The notes under the pieces are model-generated. The model saw nothing but the letters and a program-made list of their open reading frames with translations. It was not told where the DNA came from and searched no databases. Shown here piece after piece: positions 48,901-62,565 of a stretch of 64,000 bases of DNA; position 1 is the stretch's first letter; the number at the start of each line of letters is the position of its first letter. Source of the stretch: Octopus vulgaris. Taxonomy: Eukaryota. Both the position numbers and the translations under genes were made by a program. The stretch covers positions 70,866,001 to 70,930,000 of the forward strand of contig OX597818.1 in NCBI GenBank assembly GCA_951406725.2, in the 5' to 3' direction.

Positions 48901-49849
48901 TTGTGTGGCTATTGCTTACCATGAACACCATCTTGGATAAAACACCATTCTGTCGGAGATAATATTGCAAGAGTGACAGAGTAAGAGATAAAGAAGATAA
49001 AGCGGAACACACAAACAGTAAGAGGCAACAAATAACTGAAAGCTATTCACAGTAAACAGTCTTGAAGCAAAAAGCCAACGGGTTGTTTTTAAAAGTTATA
49101 ATGAAGAATTAATTAACAAAATTTATTTCAGCTTTTCAAAACTTTAAAGATGCTATCAACTTTTATATAAAAAAGATGATTTAACTCTTTTATATGCATT
49201 GAGTTCTTTATCAGATAATATTAATTTGGTTTTAATATATCTCTATATAAGTTTAAAACCTACACATCACACACACATGCGTGCACGCACACACACACAC
49301 ACACACACCTAGTATTCATTTTTCTCATTTTTATTTACATATATATTTACTTATTTGAACAGAGTTAATTATATTTCTCTTTAATTTTAGCTTAAATTGA
49401 CTAAACAGCAGTTTGAAAATTAATCAATATATAATTTTAGATTAACTTTCATTGAATAAAACCAGAAAATCTAAACCTGTAACGATTCCCAGTTTTTGAA
49501 TTGATCCATATGTGTTGTTATGTACAGCCTCTTGTCAACAGTGCAAATATAAATAAGTCAGTAAAATGGATACATTTCTTTGGAGGAAGGATTAACTCTC
49601 AAGACAAAGTGGCTTAAGCCAGATGCCTCTCTGTAATTGGACATTAATGTAAAAAGTCTCTTTCCTAAATGACTCTTATAAATATACTTCATCATCATGA
49701 TTATCATTTTCATGTCTGCTTTTCGTACTAGCATGGGTTGCATACATCATTCTGGGTGTGTTTTAACATAGCACTGGCTCCAAAGAGGTTGTCATATCCT
49801 CACTAAAACTAAAGGGTCTTCTCTACTCTTCAATTGTACTCCCTTTGCA

Positions 49850-51270
49850 ATCACTTTATTGAATATCTTGACAAAATCACAGACTTACAACCCTAAAGCA
49901 CCAAAACAATCAGCGTGCCCAACACTGACATTTACAATTACTGATGGATTGCTAGATTCTGAAAACTGGTCCAAATCATAATAATTGTGAAAGTCAACAA
50001 AAGCCTAAGTGAACTGTTATCACACAGACCCATCATTTTCTCATGTAAGCCCTCAATAATTTGAGGAAGATTCAATCATGATATCACTAACTACACATAC
50101 ACCTCTCCAAGTTACAACATAGATTCAAGCCACTCCGTTTGACTGTTGCTCAGGAACTTGACAGAGACAATAAATAACAACTACAACAAAAATAAGAGCA
50201 CATAAAAAATACAAACTACAAACATCGTCAAAGCTTTGAACTACATTTCCTGCTCTACAATAAAATATAACAGTACAAAATGATGGCCAATAAATCACTT
50301 TAAAGATTACAAAATCTGTGGGGTAGACTAACAATACATTCAGAACTCACAATTTCCCAAATGGGGTACTACAAAGATCTGTTGCTTTGTCCAGTCCTTT
50401 CACATCTTCACATTTCACATGGTTCTGCAGATACTGCAATTCAACTAACAAACCACTCATCAATTATCTAGAAACCAGGTCTTAAAATAATTAACTTAAA
50501 AGTAGTGTTTACCAAATCCATTATCCTCTCTCAAACAAACAACACCAACTACAACCAGTCGTCTCACTCAATGACATCAAGACAAAAATATTAAAAGTTC
50601 TGTACGCCAGTCTGACAGCATTCAAAGCACACACCAAAGGCCAAATAAAAATTGGGGGGGGGAATGATACTTAAACATCCAGAAGCTACTCACAGATACA
50701 ACATTTTGGGAAAAAGAAACAAACAACATTTATGTACAAGCAATCCATTAGTTCCATCATAAACTCTGTCAGCTCTGCCCCAGCTGGGCCACCAATCTTT
50801 TCACCACAAACTACACAGAATAGGGCAGTTCATATCATTACAAATTGCACCATTAGATCGCCTACACAATGAAACAATAGTATTAAGAATAACCACCCAC
50901 CTAGATATGTAAGTGGCATAGTCTGTTATCACAATCTCAGCTGGCACATGTAAAATTACCTGCAAACACTCAGAGAACATCATTCCTAAAACGATATTTC
51001 TCACTCGAAAATAGCTGCAGTGTCATAACTCCTTGCTCCCAAACACCAGACTGCAGGGCACATCACCAACTTTAAATACAGAGGAACAGAAAATATTGCA
51101 TTCAGACAAAGGTCATCATGTTTGTCTCTATTGTGACCACAATCAGAATCTAATCGAAGCTATTGAAACAGACTGGTCAGTAGAGATAATACAACACTGT
51201 CCACGCTGTCATGCCACATCTCATATGAATATCTTACTGTGTTTCAAGTAAACACTAACATATTACTTAT
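49850..51270 (+). mobile_element. Ancient I-group (I/Nimb/Ingi-like) LINE remnant
   Basis: A/C-rich strand with fragments MYKQSISSII, AVHIITNC, DRLHNETIVLRITTHLDM and a terminal CPRC..H..C knuckle. Confidence 0.55.
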
Positions 51271-52454
51271 TTGGATAGAGATGTTATGCACCATATTAAC
51301 ATGTTTCCTCTCCTTTTTACTGGTTTCTGTGCATAAAGAGGGCCTGGACAAATGTAAAACTGTGATTTATTAGAAATGAACAGCAAAGTATATTCAAGCC
51401 AATAAAAATATTTAACTAGGAAATCTTTATTATAATTATTCGTTAGTGCATTATTTTAAGCAACTGAACTTTGGTGCACACCATTTCATTTACATTCTGA
51501 GCTGATTGCAAACTTTAGCTGCGCATAGACATGGTTGAGGGTAAACGGGGATGACACCAATCATTTGACTGAAGACCAAAGGGTCATTAGACCATACCAT
51601 CAGAGCTAACCATGGCAACACAACAATTAGCTTTCATTTTAGTTGTTTTGAGTAAAAAAAAAACATAAAATAAAATAAAAAGGGTTTCTATTAAACACAT
51701 AAATAACCTAATGTCATTTACTGCAAAGTTCAGCCCTGATTCAGCAGAGATTGGATTTAAAGCATTCCAGCCCTGACGGTCCATTGTTCTTTGATAAATT
51801 ATTTTGAATATCAGGGACAGAATTGTTCAAAGGAGTTTGCCTTCATTTTTTAGATGGTAGGGTATGATTAGTAGGAAATTTAGCTGCTATTTCCCAAAGG
51901 TCAAGTAACGGCATAGAAATTCTATCAGTGGATCGCATTTCATAGTTGTATGACTTGCAGAGGGCAATGCATTCAACTGTGAAATGTGTGGCTGCCACAA
52001 TTTCTTGGGCAAATCTCTACAGTTTTCAAAAGCTGTTATACTAATGAGTGCATTAAAATAAAACAAACCAGAGTAAATAAAATAAACAGAAGTAGAATCT
52101 TAAGGGAGAAAATTCCTAAAAGCACATAAAAACCACACAGATCAGAAACTGAAGTTGGTTTGCTTGAAATTTCAGTGGAAAAAATTGATCTGGTTGCGGC
52201 AGTTGGGATTCCATGTAAATAATAATATTCTACATGGAATGCCAACAGCTTTAATTTTGATCAGTTTGTAATTGTGCTATGTTTGATCTTTTTTTTTCAT
52301 TTTTAACTCCCTCTGCCATTCTACCTCTTCCTCTATCGTTCAATAGTTTCAATGTATTAGGGAAAAATCAATAAAGCTATTCAGCAGAGAATATTTACTG
52401 GTCACATGATTATTCAGCTACCATAAATAGCAACCTGTTTCCTCTTATTACGGA

Positions 52455-52500
<46 letters not shown>

Positions 52501-53534
52501 TGTGTGTGTATGTGTGTGTGTGAGTGCATGTTTGCTCCACTATATTTGATACTGCATTTTAGTCCCAGTTCAATGTCATTCAGAACATTTCTATAATTAA
52601 AAGTATTACAACCTGTCTTTTTAACCTCACACAGTGTCACTCTCTCCAAAAATTGGATCCCACCACGGTCGAGTTAGGAAGAACTTTGCCACACACTCAT
52701 GAAGTGACAAAAGCATTTGCTTCTACATGATGGCATCTTGAGACTCGGGTCTTTTGCCATTTCAAGTCTTTTAAGTGAAATTAGGTAAACTGAGGTGCAA
52801 ATTTGTTGGCTAGGCCTTGCACATGGTTCCAAAGTCCCAGTTATTGGGGTATACTGATTCAACCTAAAAATCACAAGAGTGGTCAACTTTGGAATACTAA
52901 GCCACATGTTAAGTTTTAATGATTAGACTGTTCAGCAGATCAAATAATTGGTTGCTCATTAACAAAAATGACAGTGTTGTCATCATCATCATCATCATCA
53001 TCATCATCTATGACTACATGATTCAATGAATCCTTCCTGTTTTTAAAATATCAATATGAATGTTGTGTTTGGTGAAAACATAAAAGAGGCACTGATTGTT
53101 GCTGTTGTTCTTGATCGCTTCTGATCAAAAGCATTCCAGCTATGACTGTTGTATCTCTGTTTCAAATATTGTATATCTAGGACTACATTATTCAGTGAGT
53201 CCTTCCACTATTTTAAGAAATAGCTATGATTTAAGAGAGATGTAACTATTATTTCCAGTAGGTTGTGAGGCCACTTAGATTTTCCCTTACTGGCTTCTGT
53301 ATAATCATATTCGTGCTTTGTATGTATGTTATGGGTTTCGATATTGTAATTGTGTTGAGCAGATATGTGTATATAGACACGTGTGTGTGTGTTGGATTTG
53401 AAGTGTACCAAAGAGAAATTCCTAATAGAAGTCATCTTCTTTTATGCTAAAAGGACAACTTACCTTTTCTCAAGTGCTGGTCAATATAATGTAATTAACT
53501 GAAATTCTTTTTGGCAGTGCTCCAGTATGGCTGC

Positions 53535-54535
53535 TCTTGTTGATATATATCAGTGTCCATACTGAAACAGGTAGTTTCTACACAGAAGGTCAACATTTCC
53601 ATCAAGTTTCTTATGGGTATACTAGTGCGTTCTTTTAAATGGGTGTCTGTCACTAATTTCTCTTGAATTGCCGATAGTGCTTCATCAGTTGGGACTTTGG
53701 TGAACAGACTTATCACATCTAGACTCAGCATCTGGTTGGATTCAAGGGGGGTATCCTTGATCAATTCTGTGAAGTGGGTGGAATGCTTCACAAATGATGT
53801 TGACTTTCCTAATGACTGATTACATCCACAAGGAAGCGGCTCAGTGGATGACACACTAAACCGCTACAGTTCATTTTGGGTCTTAATGGAATACCATTCT
53901 TGTGAATCTTAGGGGGATCGTACATGTGTGGTAGTTTACTGTAGTGTTGAGTCAGTTGTCTGTACTTCATTGGTGTAAAGTGATCCTTGTTCTTGGTCAA
54001 GATCTGTGACAACTTCCTCTCTGTTTTCAGAGTTGGATCTTTCTTTATTTTACTGTAGCTACCATCACTTATAAGACTTGCCAACTTTTCAGAGTAGTCA
54101 AACTTGTTCATCACCACTGTAGAATTTCCCTTGTCCACTGGAAGTATTATGAGGGAATTGTCACTCTGTAGTCTTTTGATAACGAACTTTCTTACTTAGT
54201 AATGTTTGGTTTAGGAAGTTTTGCTTTTTCTAGTACCTGTCTCACTTTCCACCTTAGTTCATCTCCCTGAGCTTTTGGTATCTTTGCGTGAACTCAATTA
54301 TGTGATCATGTAAACTCAATAAAGCCATCCATAAAGTTCACAATGGAAAAGGAAAAAGACAATCAGCTAGCATTCCTGGACATATTAATAACACACACCA
54401 AGTATGGATTCAGGACATCCGTAACCCGCAAGCCAACCTTCACTGGATGATTCCTCAACTTCAATCCCACCATTCATACAGTGTAAAAAGAGGGATTGCT
54501 CAGTGCCTAAAACATCGAGCAAAAAATATAAGTCA
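53535..54535. mobile_element. Penelope-like element RT fragments in two orientations
   Basis: Minus 54290 to 53535: ILPVDKGNSTVVM, PKIHKNGIPLRP, SLDVISLFTKVP, YQQ. Plus 54290-54535: HVNSIKPSIKFTMEKE...LAFLDILI...RKPT. Confidence 0.92.
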
Positions 54536-56639
54536 TCACAAAGAATACTACAAGTCATTTGTCCAAGCTGTCGAACACTGTGGTATTGAATCCCCAACCT
54601 CCTGATTGGGAAGCAAAACTTTTAACCACTCAGCCAGGCTGTCATTTATTTTCTGTGCGTAGATATATATATATATATGTGTGTGTATGTGTGTGTGTGT
54701 GTGTGTGTGCGTGTGTGTGTGTGTGTGTGTTTATACATACACAAACAGATAGTCAGCAGCTGGAATATAAAAAAGTGTGAGAGATCAACTGTCATCTGGA
54801 ACCATCAAATGGTAACTAGATCATTCACACTATAACTGCTGCTGCTGCTGCTGCCCCCTCCATCACCTCCACCACCACCGCCACCACCTCCATCACCACC
54901 ACAACAGTTATGATTGTAATATCATCTTTGTAAATTATGTATCAAGTTAATCGCATTCAAATAGACAATAGTCGAATAAAAATTAGTTGGAAAATTGTTG
55001 TTGTATATTCTTGTGACTTCTTTTATCAGATAAGCTCAGTGATTAACTAATTAATACCAACAGCTGTTTCCAAATGTCTCTCACTTAGATATATACACTC
55101 ATAAACACTTGTGTGTATAATTATATTTATCTCATTAGCATATGGACACGTGTATTCATTGTGTAAATGTGTGTTTACAGTATAGTTTTATAACTGTATA
55201 TTCATTTATGTTTCTCTCTATACTTATGAATATCGTTTTATATGTTTATGTACATAAATATGCATTTACATATATACATGTGTGTGTGTGTATATATGTA
55301 TGTATATATATATATCACTGTTTGTTTATGTAAATACGTGTGTGTGTGTGTGTGTGTGTGTGTATCACTGTTTGTTTATGTATATAAATGTGTGTGTGTG
55401 TGAAGGGAAAGAAGTGGTGCAATATTATAGCGAACAGAAGAGAGTTTATATGTCTGTTAATCTCAATGATAATTGTTTCTGTAGCATAAAGTAGAAGAGA
55501 GATATACATATTTCCTGGATAGGAACTAGACTATCACAGCTAGCTTTTCCCTTAACACTACAAGCCAACAAAACAGTGTTACAGCCTCCCACCCCCTCCA
55601 GTAGATATACTCTTATTACACCAATAATATCACAGGCTGCCTATCCAAAATTGCATCAACTTCATCACTGGGGTTCTCATTTATAATCTAATCTCAAAAT
55701 ATAAACCAGTTAGGGAACGTCTATGTAGTTGGTTGACTCACTAGAAATAGCAATCAGAGCTCTTTTAAGTAAGATTCTACTTAAAAAAGTAAAGGACTTA
55801 TTATAACATAATAAGAAAAAGAAATGACAGTTATGGACTGAGAGTCTTTAGCCATTGGTCCACACAATCAGGGTTGATTTGAGGCCAAATAAACTAGAAA
55901 TAGCAATCAAATCTTTCTCACACTACATCCAACCATTATAGAAAAAAGATTTTTTCCTGAGTCTACTGACCTTGGTTTAAACAACAACAACAACCACTTC
56001 TAGAATATTATTTGGAACATAAAAAGAAGGACCGTACAAGTCAATGTGAAAGGTGGGGCTCTGTGTGGTCACTGGACTTGCTAAAAATTGTTGTTAAAAA
56101 AATTATTTAGCAAAGAATCCCCCTTAGATAATGTATGACTAAAAAAACAGAACTGTCGTGGTTAGAATGTCATTAATTCTGATCAGTCAGAGTTAAACAG
56201 GGCCTAAGCAATATTTTGAGAGTTTTTTTTTTTTTGTAAGTCATGTATCTTATGTTTGTGAGGTGGAGTTGTTAAATGGTTGGCACCACTGGGTAAAAGG
56301 TTGTATAGTCAAAGTTTGTCATCACAACCATTCCGTGGTTTTGTACATAAATAACGTTGCACTGTTATCATCTATGCATTGTTGTTTAGCTTTAGAAGAC
56401 TCCTAGGCCCAAAGGAAAATAAGTAACAAAATATAGATCTTTCATACAAGAGTTATTTCCTGAACTTTTCAACTCAAGTTAACAAGAATCAAAATTAAAT
56501 AAAGAAAATAAAAGAAACTTGATGGTACTGCAACCTAACCAGAGCCAGATGGCTGAAATGAGTAAAAGATTGAAGATATTAAAAGGGGAAAACAGAAATA
56601 GTTGGTGAAAGTATATAGGGAGTTATTCATTAGATATGA

Positions 56640-57480
56640 GGCTTTTAATATTTGGCCTTATCATGGGGGCCATCAAAAGGAATTGATAGAAATTCTATCA
56701 CGTGTACACTGTGCAGCCTGCACAGCTCATAGATGCACAGATGCAGATAAAATATGCACCAACACAGGAAATCTAATCCATATGAGGGGGAAAATATGTA
56801 AAAAAAGAAACCTGGATGCTGGTAATGGGTCACTTGAAGTGATAAGTTGTGTTGAGAAGAGAGTCAATGATAGGATAACGCTTAGACCCTTTGGTATGTG
56901 AATAAATAGGAGGACATTCTGTACTAACTGACAAGTGTATAAGGAGCCATCTGGAAAGCCAACAGGCAGCAAGTGTACTTTATAGACAGAGTTAAAAGAA
57001 GGGCAATAATAATGATAGTGGTAGGGAGGAGTGAAGAGAGATTATTTGAACAGGTTGATTATAAGAATTATGTGAAACTAAAAGAGTTAATAAGAAGGAT
57101 AAGGCTTAAGTGTAGAATGTTTGAATGGATAAATTATTGGACTGCCAGGGTATTAGTATATGGGGCCCTGTTTGTTTGTAATTTAGGGTTTCCTTGTGTT
57201 TCAGATTTTTCCATTTCATCCAACAATGTACACCTGCCTCTCTTGCCTAGGTACCAGAATATTATCTTCTCCAAAGATAGCCTTATACTTTAAATATCTC
57301 AATCAATACTACAGGAGTCTTCCCAGATTCATATTAAATGTAATTATTGTTGCCCTTCTCGATCACTTTATATTCTGTAGCCCTTTAAGAGGATTTGATC
57401 ACAATACTTTAGATTACCAAACTACTTGTCAGCCTGCAGCTTAGTTACTGAGTTTGTGTCTCTGTAGGTTCTCTTTGTTT
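56640..57480 (-). mobile_element. Very degenerate CR1-like RT remnant
   Basis: QHPGF and SVHVIEFLSIPFDGPHDK resemble QHGF and VDVIYLDFSKAFDSVPH, in the correct order. Confidence 0.4.
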
Positions 57481-57626
57481 TATAACCTAATAAACGGAGT
57501 GGGAAAAGGTAAAGGCCCAAATGCAGAAACAGGCACAACATCAAGGATCTGATGAACTCTACTTACTCGTAACAATACAGTACTCTTTTATATAAATGAG
57601 TATCTCTCTCTCTCATACACACACAC

Positions 57627-57674
<48 letters not shown>

Positions 57675-60600
57675 ACTCTCTGTCACACACACTCACTCAA
57701 TTTGGAGCTAGGGAAACAGTATGTTTAATGAAACTAATGACTAACAAGTTTGTATTGCTGCCAATTAGGAGCTGCGGAAACCATTAGGCAGGGATCAATT
57801 CAAAAAGTAAGATTCAAATTGCAAAAGCATGGAAATATCTCCATTTGCTGAACATGTCAACCCATCCCAGTCCAAAACCAAGATGGATTTAAAAAGTTTA
57901 ACTGGAAAGTAAGAAAGGAAAAAAGAAAAAGTGTCCTTTCATTAGAGTTGTTGAGTAAATTTTTAAAACAAGGCACACATGGTGTTGAGTGACAGTTAAA
58001 AAAGTAAAAATATAATTTAGTTGTAAAACGAGAACTAATTAGTAGAAGCAAAGCTGTTGTTTGTTTCTTCTCAATTTAGAATCTTGATAGTCAACCAGGC
58101 AGCTTATCTGAGGTAAATATTTTAATTATACCCCATGAGGGTTAGAGATGGCAGAGTCAAGAAAAATGTTGAGAGTGATTGAAGGAAAAAAGAGTATTTG
58201 ATAGAAGAAAATATATTGTAACTAAAAACAAAGTCTCAATTAAGATAATGCAGCTAATTCTTCAAATATCCTTCTTCCATCTTTAACCTTTTTATGTCCA
58301 TTCCTCGTTATAACTTTGCATGGTTATTTATGTAAATGTAAGCTAAATAATAAAGAACACAGGAGCAGATTTTTTTTTTCAATTCTTTTGCTTTTATAAA
58401 TAAAAATACATTTGCGAAATTATGCATTGCAATTTGTTATAGAGCAATTTTCTCTTATTTAGATTGCAATTACAAACCTAATGAAATCAGGTTAATTAAA
58501 AAATTACAGCCTATTTTATGTGATTATCTAAATTTACAGAATAATTCAACCCTGCTTGTATTTATGTAATTTATTAAAACACAGGTTTTAAATTTTAATT
58601 TTATGGACAAAATTGGTTGGGTTTTTTTTAACACCTCTGATATCCAGATACCGTAAAAAATACCTGTTTTAGTTACTTCAGCATGTTCAAAGCAGGGAGC
58701 ATTAAAAGGTTAACAAGAAAGAATGATATTAGCCAAAGACTAATATTATATTGTCCAGTAATTACAGGAAACAACTTTGGAAATATTTCAGAAACTGAAA
58801 ATAATGTTTGTCATCAACTAATAACTTTTTTTTCTTTATCCTTCTGCAGACTTAGCATTTTAATGCTTCCTGCATCAGATATATCAGCAACATTTTAGCA
58901 ACATGTGTGTGTGTGTGTGTGTGTGTGTTTTATTCTCAAAGTATATCTCAGTCTTGGAGTAGATGCATGACATCCCAGTGTAACATAAGAGCCAACTAAT
59001 AGGATTGCCAACAGGAATTGCATCTGGTTGTAAAACACTACCCCAGAAAATCTATCCATTTTAAGCCAACATCAAAAATCGAGCAGATAACAATAATGAC
59101 AATGATGATGATGATGTAATTTGAAAAATACATTCCATCATTTTTGCTTCCAAAAAAGAAAACAAATAGATATAAAACTACAGAATGAGAAGAAAATAAT
59201 AAGGAAAATTCTAATTGGCACTAAATATATCCGATATGTTCTTTCACAATTAAGTTCAGCCCCAAAAGATCGACTTACTTCTATGATTTTTATGTCAAGT
59301 TCTAATCATTGTCAGCAGAGAGAAATTCTCAAGTCTCCAAGAGTAAATGGGGAAATTTTAATTAATGTCTTCCCAATGACATTCTTCACCTTTTGTCTTT
59401 TTCTTTCAATCTTTTTATTTCTTTATATATTTTTCCCCTTCAACCTTCATCATCATTCCACAGAAATGGCATCTCCTGGAATAGCAAAACCCAATTGAAA
59501 TATAAGCAATTTAAGCTTTTTTTTTGTTTTTTTTTCCACAAATTCTACGAAGTTGAAAACTTTAATTTCCCTTCCATTTTACCATCTCATCCATCACATC
59601 AACCAAAAAGAAGATGAGAAAACTCAAAGAATTGCATGAAATATGCAGTTAGGCTGGATCAGGAAATACAGAAAATATCCTGATGGCAGATGTAATGTTC
59701 CAACTAGTCTGTTACATTTATAACCAAAATAATTTTAAGGATATCACTGTAAGTATTTTTGGTGAGGTTGGCTTGTGGCTCCATGATTTATGAATGCAAA
59801 GTTATGTTACTGTTGTAGACACACTAATTACTGAATGAGAAAACCTGGAATGATTTAAATGGAAAAAAAAAGGTGACAAATTAAAACACAAGAGCAAGTC
59901 AGAATTATTAAGAAACCAGTTCTTCATTCTTGGAGAAATAAAAGTCCTTAGTTCCAAATTAGAATCAAAATTAAATAGTGAACGAAGAAAGATTGAAATC
60001 ATCAAAGAAGCAATATGTCTCTTGTTTCACAATATTCCTGAATTGGGGTTTGTTATAGGCTGCTCAGAAAGGGAGAGTGTTGTACTGCAACATTATTGGT
60101 GGAATTGTTGTTGGTCTGTGTCAGTTTAATAAACACGGGAAAGAAAAGGCTGAATGAAATATTTAGAGCAAGATCTTGAAAGTGTTATTCAGTGATGGGA
60201 ATGATGAAAAAGAAGTTGGCAAGTGGGTCTGAGGAGGAGGAGGCCTTATCCACATTGCAATAGAAGACACAGAGAAGATTCCAACTCAGAAATAATTTCA
60301 TGTATTCCTTGAATCCAAACAATTTTCATAACACTAGTTGCTATTTATTTTAGAAAATCAGCCCTAAAATCACAAGCAGTGCTCCAGAGTGGCCACAGCT
60401 GAATAGCTAAAACTAATTATCAATGGAAAAGCTAAAAGGAATTTAATCAATAAATTTGAACATTTCTGGAAAAAATTTATTTTGTTTTTGTTAGGATTTC
60501 AAAATATTTGAAATGAAAAATGACATTGAAGAAATAAATGAAATGAAAATATTTTGTAATCATTACACGAATGACATTTATGCAACCCAATGACATAAGT

Positions 60601-61319
60601 GAATTGGAGAATGGTCCTCCTTTCAACACTGACATTTTGTTTCATGTCCATCTTTATCCGAGCAGCGTACACTGGTCAGAAATAACAAAAATAAGGATTT
60701 AATGAAATAAGGTTGAAATCCAGCCTGTTTTCTAAGACTCATACTACCAGCAGCTTGCCTCCACTCTGTGGTGATTGCTTTTATGAAATATAGAAGTTGG
60801 AACCTGAAGGAAAATCTTTTGTTTCTCCTTTAAAGAACATATTTTGTCTGAAAATTTTCCCTTAAAAACAGCATCACATAGTTACCATAAAAGATTATTG
60901 AAAACCAAAAAAAGGACAGTGAAGGATCTTCCATTAGAATTCCACAGAGAAGTAATTATAATAAAAAGAGTGAGGGTGGCAAGATGGCAGAATTGTTAGC
61001 CCACCAGGCGAAATGCTTAGCAGTATTTCATCAGCCAGTATTTCGGTCCTTGTTTGTCCCCTCTATTGCTCCTTGTGAGCAATAAAGAAATAATTAATAA
61101 AAGGGTGTCAAATTTAGGCACAAGGCCAGCAATTTCAAAAGAGGGGCTAAGTTGATCCCATCAACCCCAGTGTTCAACTGACACTTATTTTATTGACCTC
61201 AAATAGATGAAAGGTAAAGTTGACCTTGGCAGAATTGGAACTTAGAATGTAGAGACAGATGAAATACCACTACTAAGCATTTTGTCCAGCATGGTAGCAG
61301 CTCTGTGAGATCATCAAGA

Positions 61320-62565
61320 CATAACAGAGTTGGCCAATATCTACACTGGTTAATGAGTTGACCTTATAAAATGAAAACTGTTGGCAAATTATATGAGTAC
61401 CACTCTGAGACTGTAACTGAGAGAGAAAATGTAATGAAAATTAATTGGAACATCATTGAAGCCATAAGTACAAGGGCTATGCCCATATTGAGATACTGTA
61501 CTCCCTTTCTGAAGTGGACAAAGCTATGGAACATGGATAGAAGACCAGAAAGTTGCTTACAAGGCACAATGTACTTCGTGCTAAGAGCAATACCGACCAA
61601 CTCTAACTACCAAGAAAGGAAGGTGGCAGAGGAAAACTAAATTTAGAAGACACATGTTAATACTGTGATACAGAGTCTGAAAAATTATGCTGGGCAGAGT
61701 AAAAGAAGGATATTATTAGCAGCCAGCAATACCCCAAAAGCAACTAAAATAGTCGGAGGATTCAAAGAGAGAAGGAAGAACAACAGAAGAAGCAAGTAGA
61801 AAGAATGGAACTACACGGTCATTTCACGCAACAAACTGAGAATGTTGGAAGTAAAGGTTGCTGGCTCTGGTTGACAGACAGGAACTTGAAATATAAGACA
61901 GAAATGCTAATTATAGCCACTCAAGAACAAGCCATTCAAACAAATCTGACAAAGATTGACAAAACTCAGTCAGACAGCAAATGTAGAATCTGCAGGAAAG
62001 GAGACCAAAGTATCAATCCCTTTTTGAATGAGTGCAATATACTAGAACGAAAGGAGTATAAGTGCAGATATGACTGTGTAGACAAAAGAGGGTACTGGGA
62101 TGTTAGTCGAGTGTGTGGCTTCAAAACAACAGAAAAGTGGTATGAACACGTACCAGAGGCTGTGATAGAAAATGAGTATTATAAGATCTTATGGGACTGA
62201 CCATACTACTAAGGCAAGAAGACCAAAGATGATTAATCAGAGATTTTGCAATTATCTATGTCAGCAGAGTCGATGCCAAACAAAGTTAGAAATATCAGGA
62301 TCTAGCAAGAGAGCTGAGGAGACTGTGGAAATCAAAGATAAGAATAGAATTAGTACAACACTAAAAATACCACCTAAAATACTGAAAGAGACTGGAATTG
62401 AAATTCACATTGTTGACCAGCAAAAAAAGTACCACTGCAAGAATCCTAAAGAAGATTCTTGAGGAGACTTGTCACCAGACATCAAGATAAAATACTTGTT
62501 AACTAAATTAGCATGCAGTAGTGCAACGACACCAACAGAAATAATGATGATGATGATGATAATGA
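61320..62565 (+). mobile_element. R4/Dong-like LINE remnant
   Basis: AISTRAMPILRY...WT, LHGHF, WLWL...LK..TE.LIIATQEQAIQT, CRIC zinc knuckle, KWYEHVPEAVIENEYYKILWD, ARRP; (AAT/GAT)n tail. Confidence 0.88.

Noticed and set aside
52630-52907. Unique-looking minus-strand segment with an acceptor near 52864
   Set aside because: Frames terminate early and there is no known motif; at most a non-coding exon.
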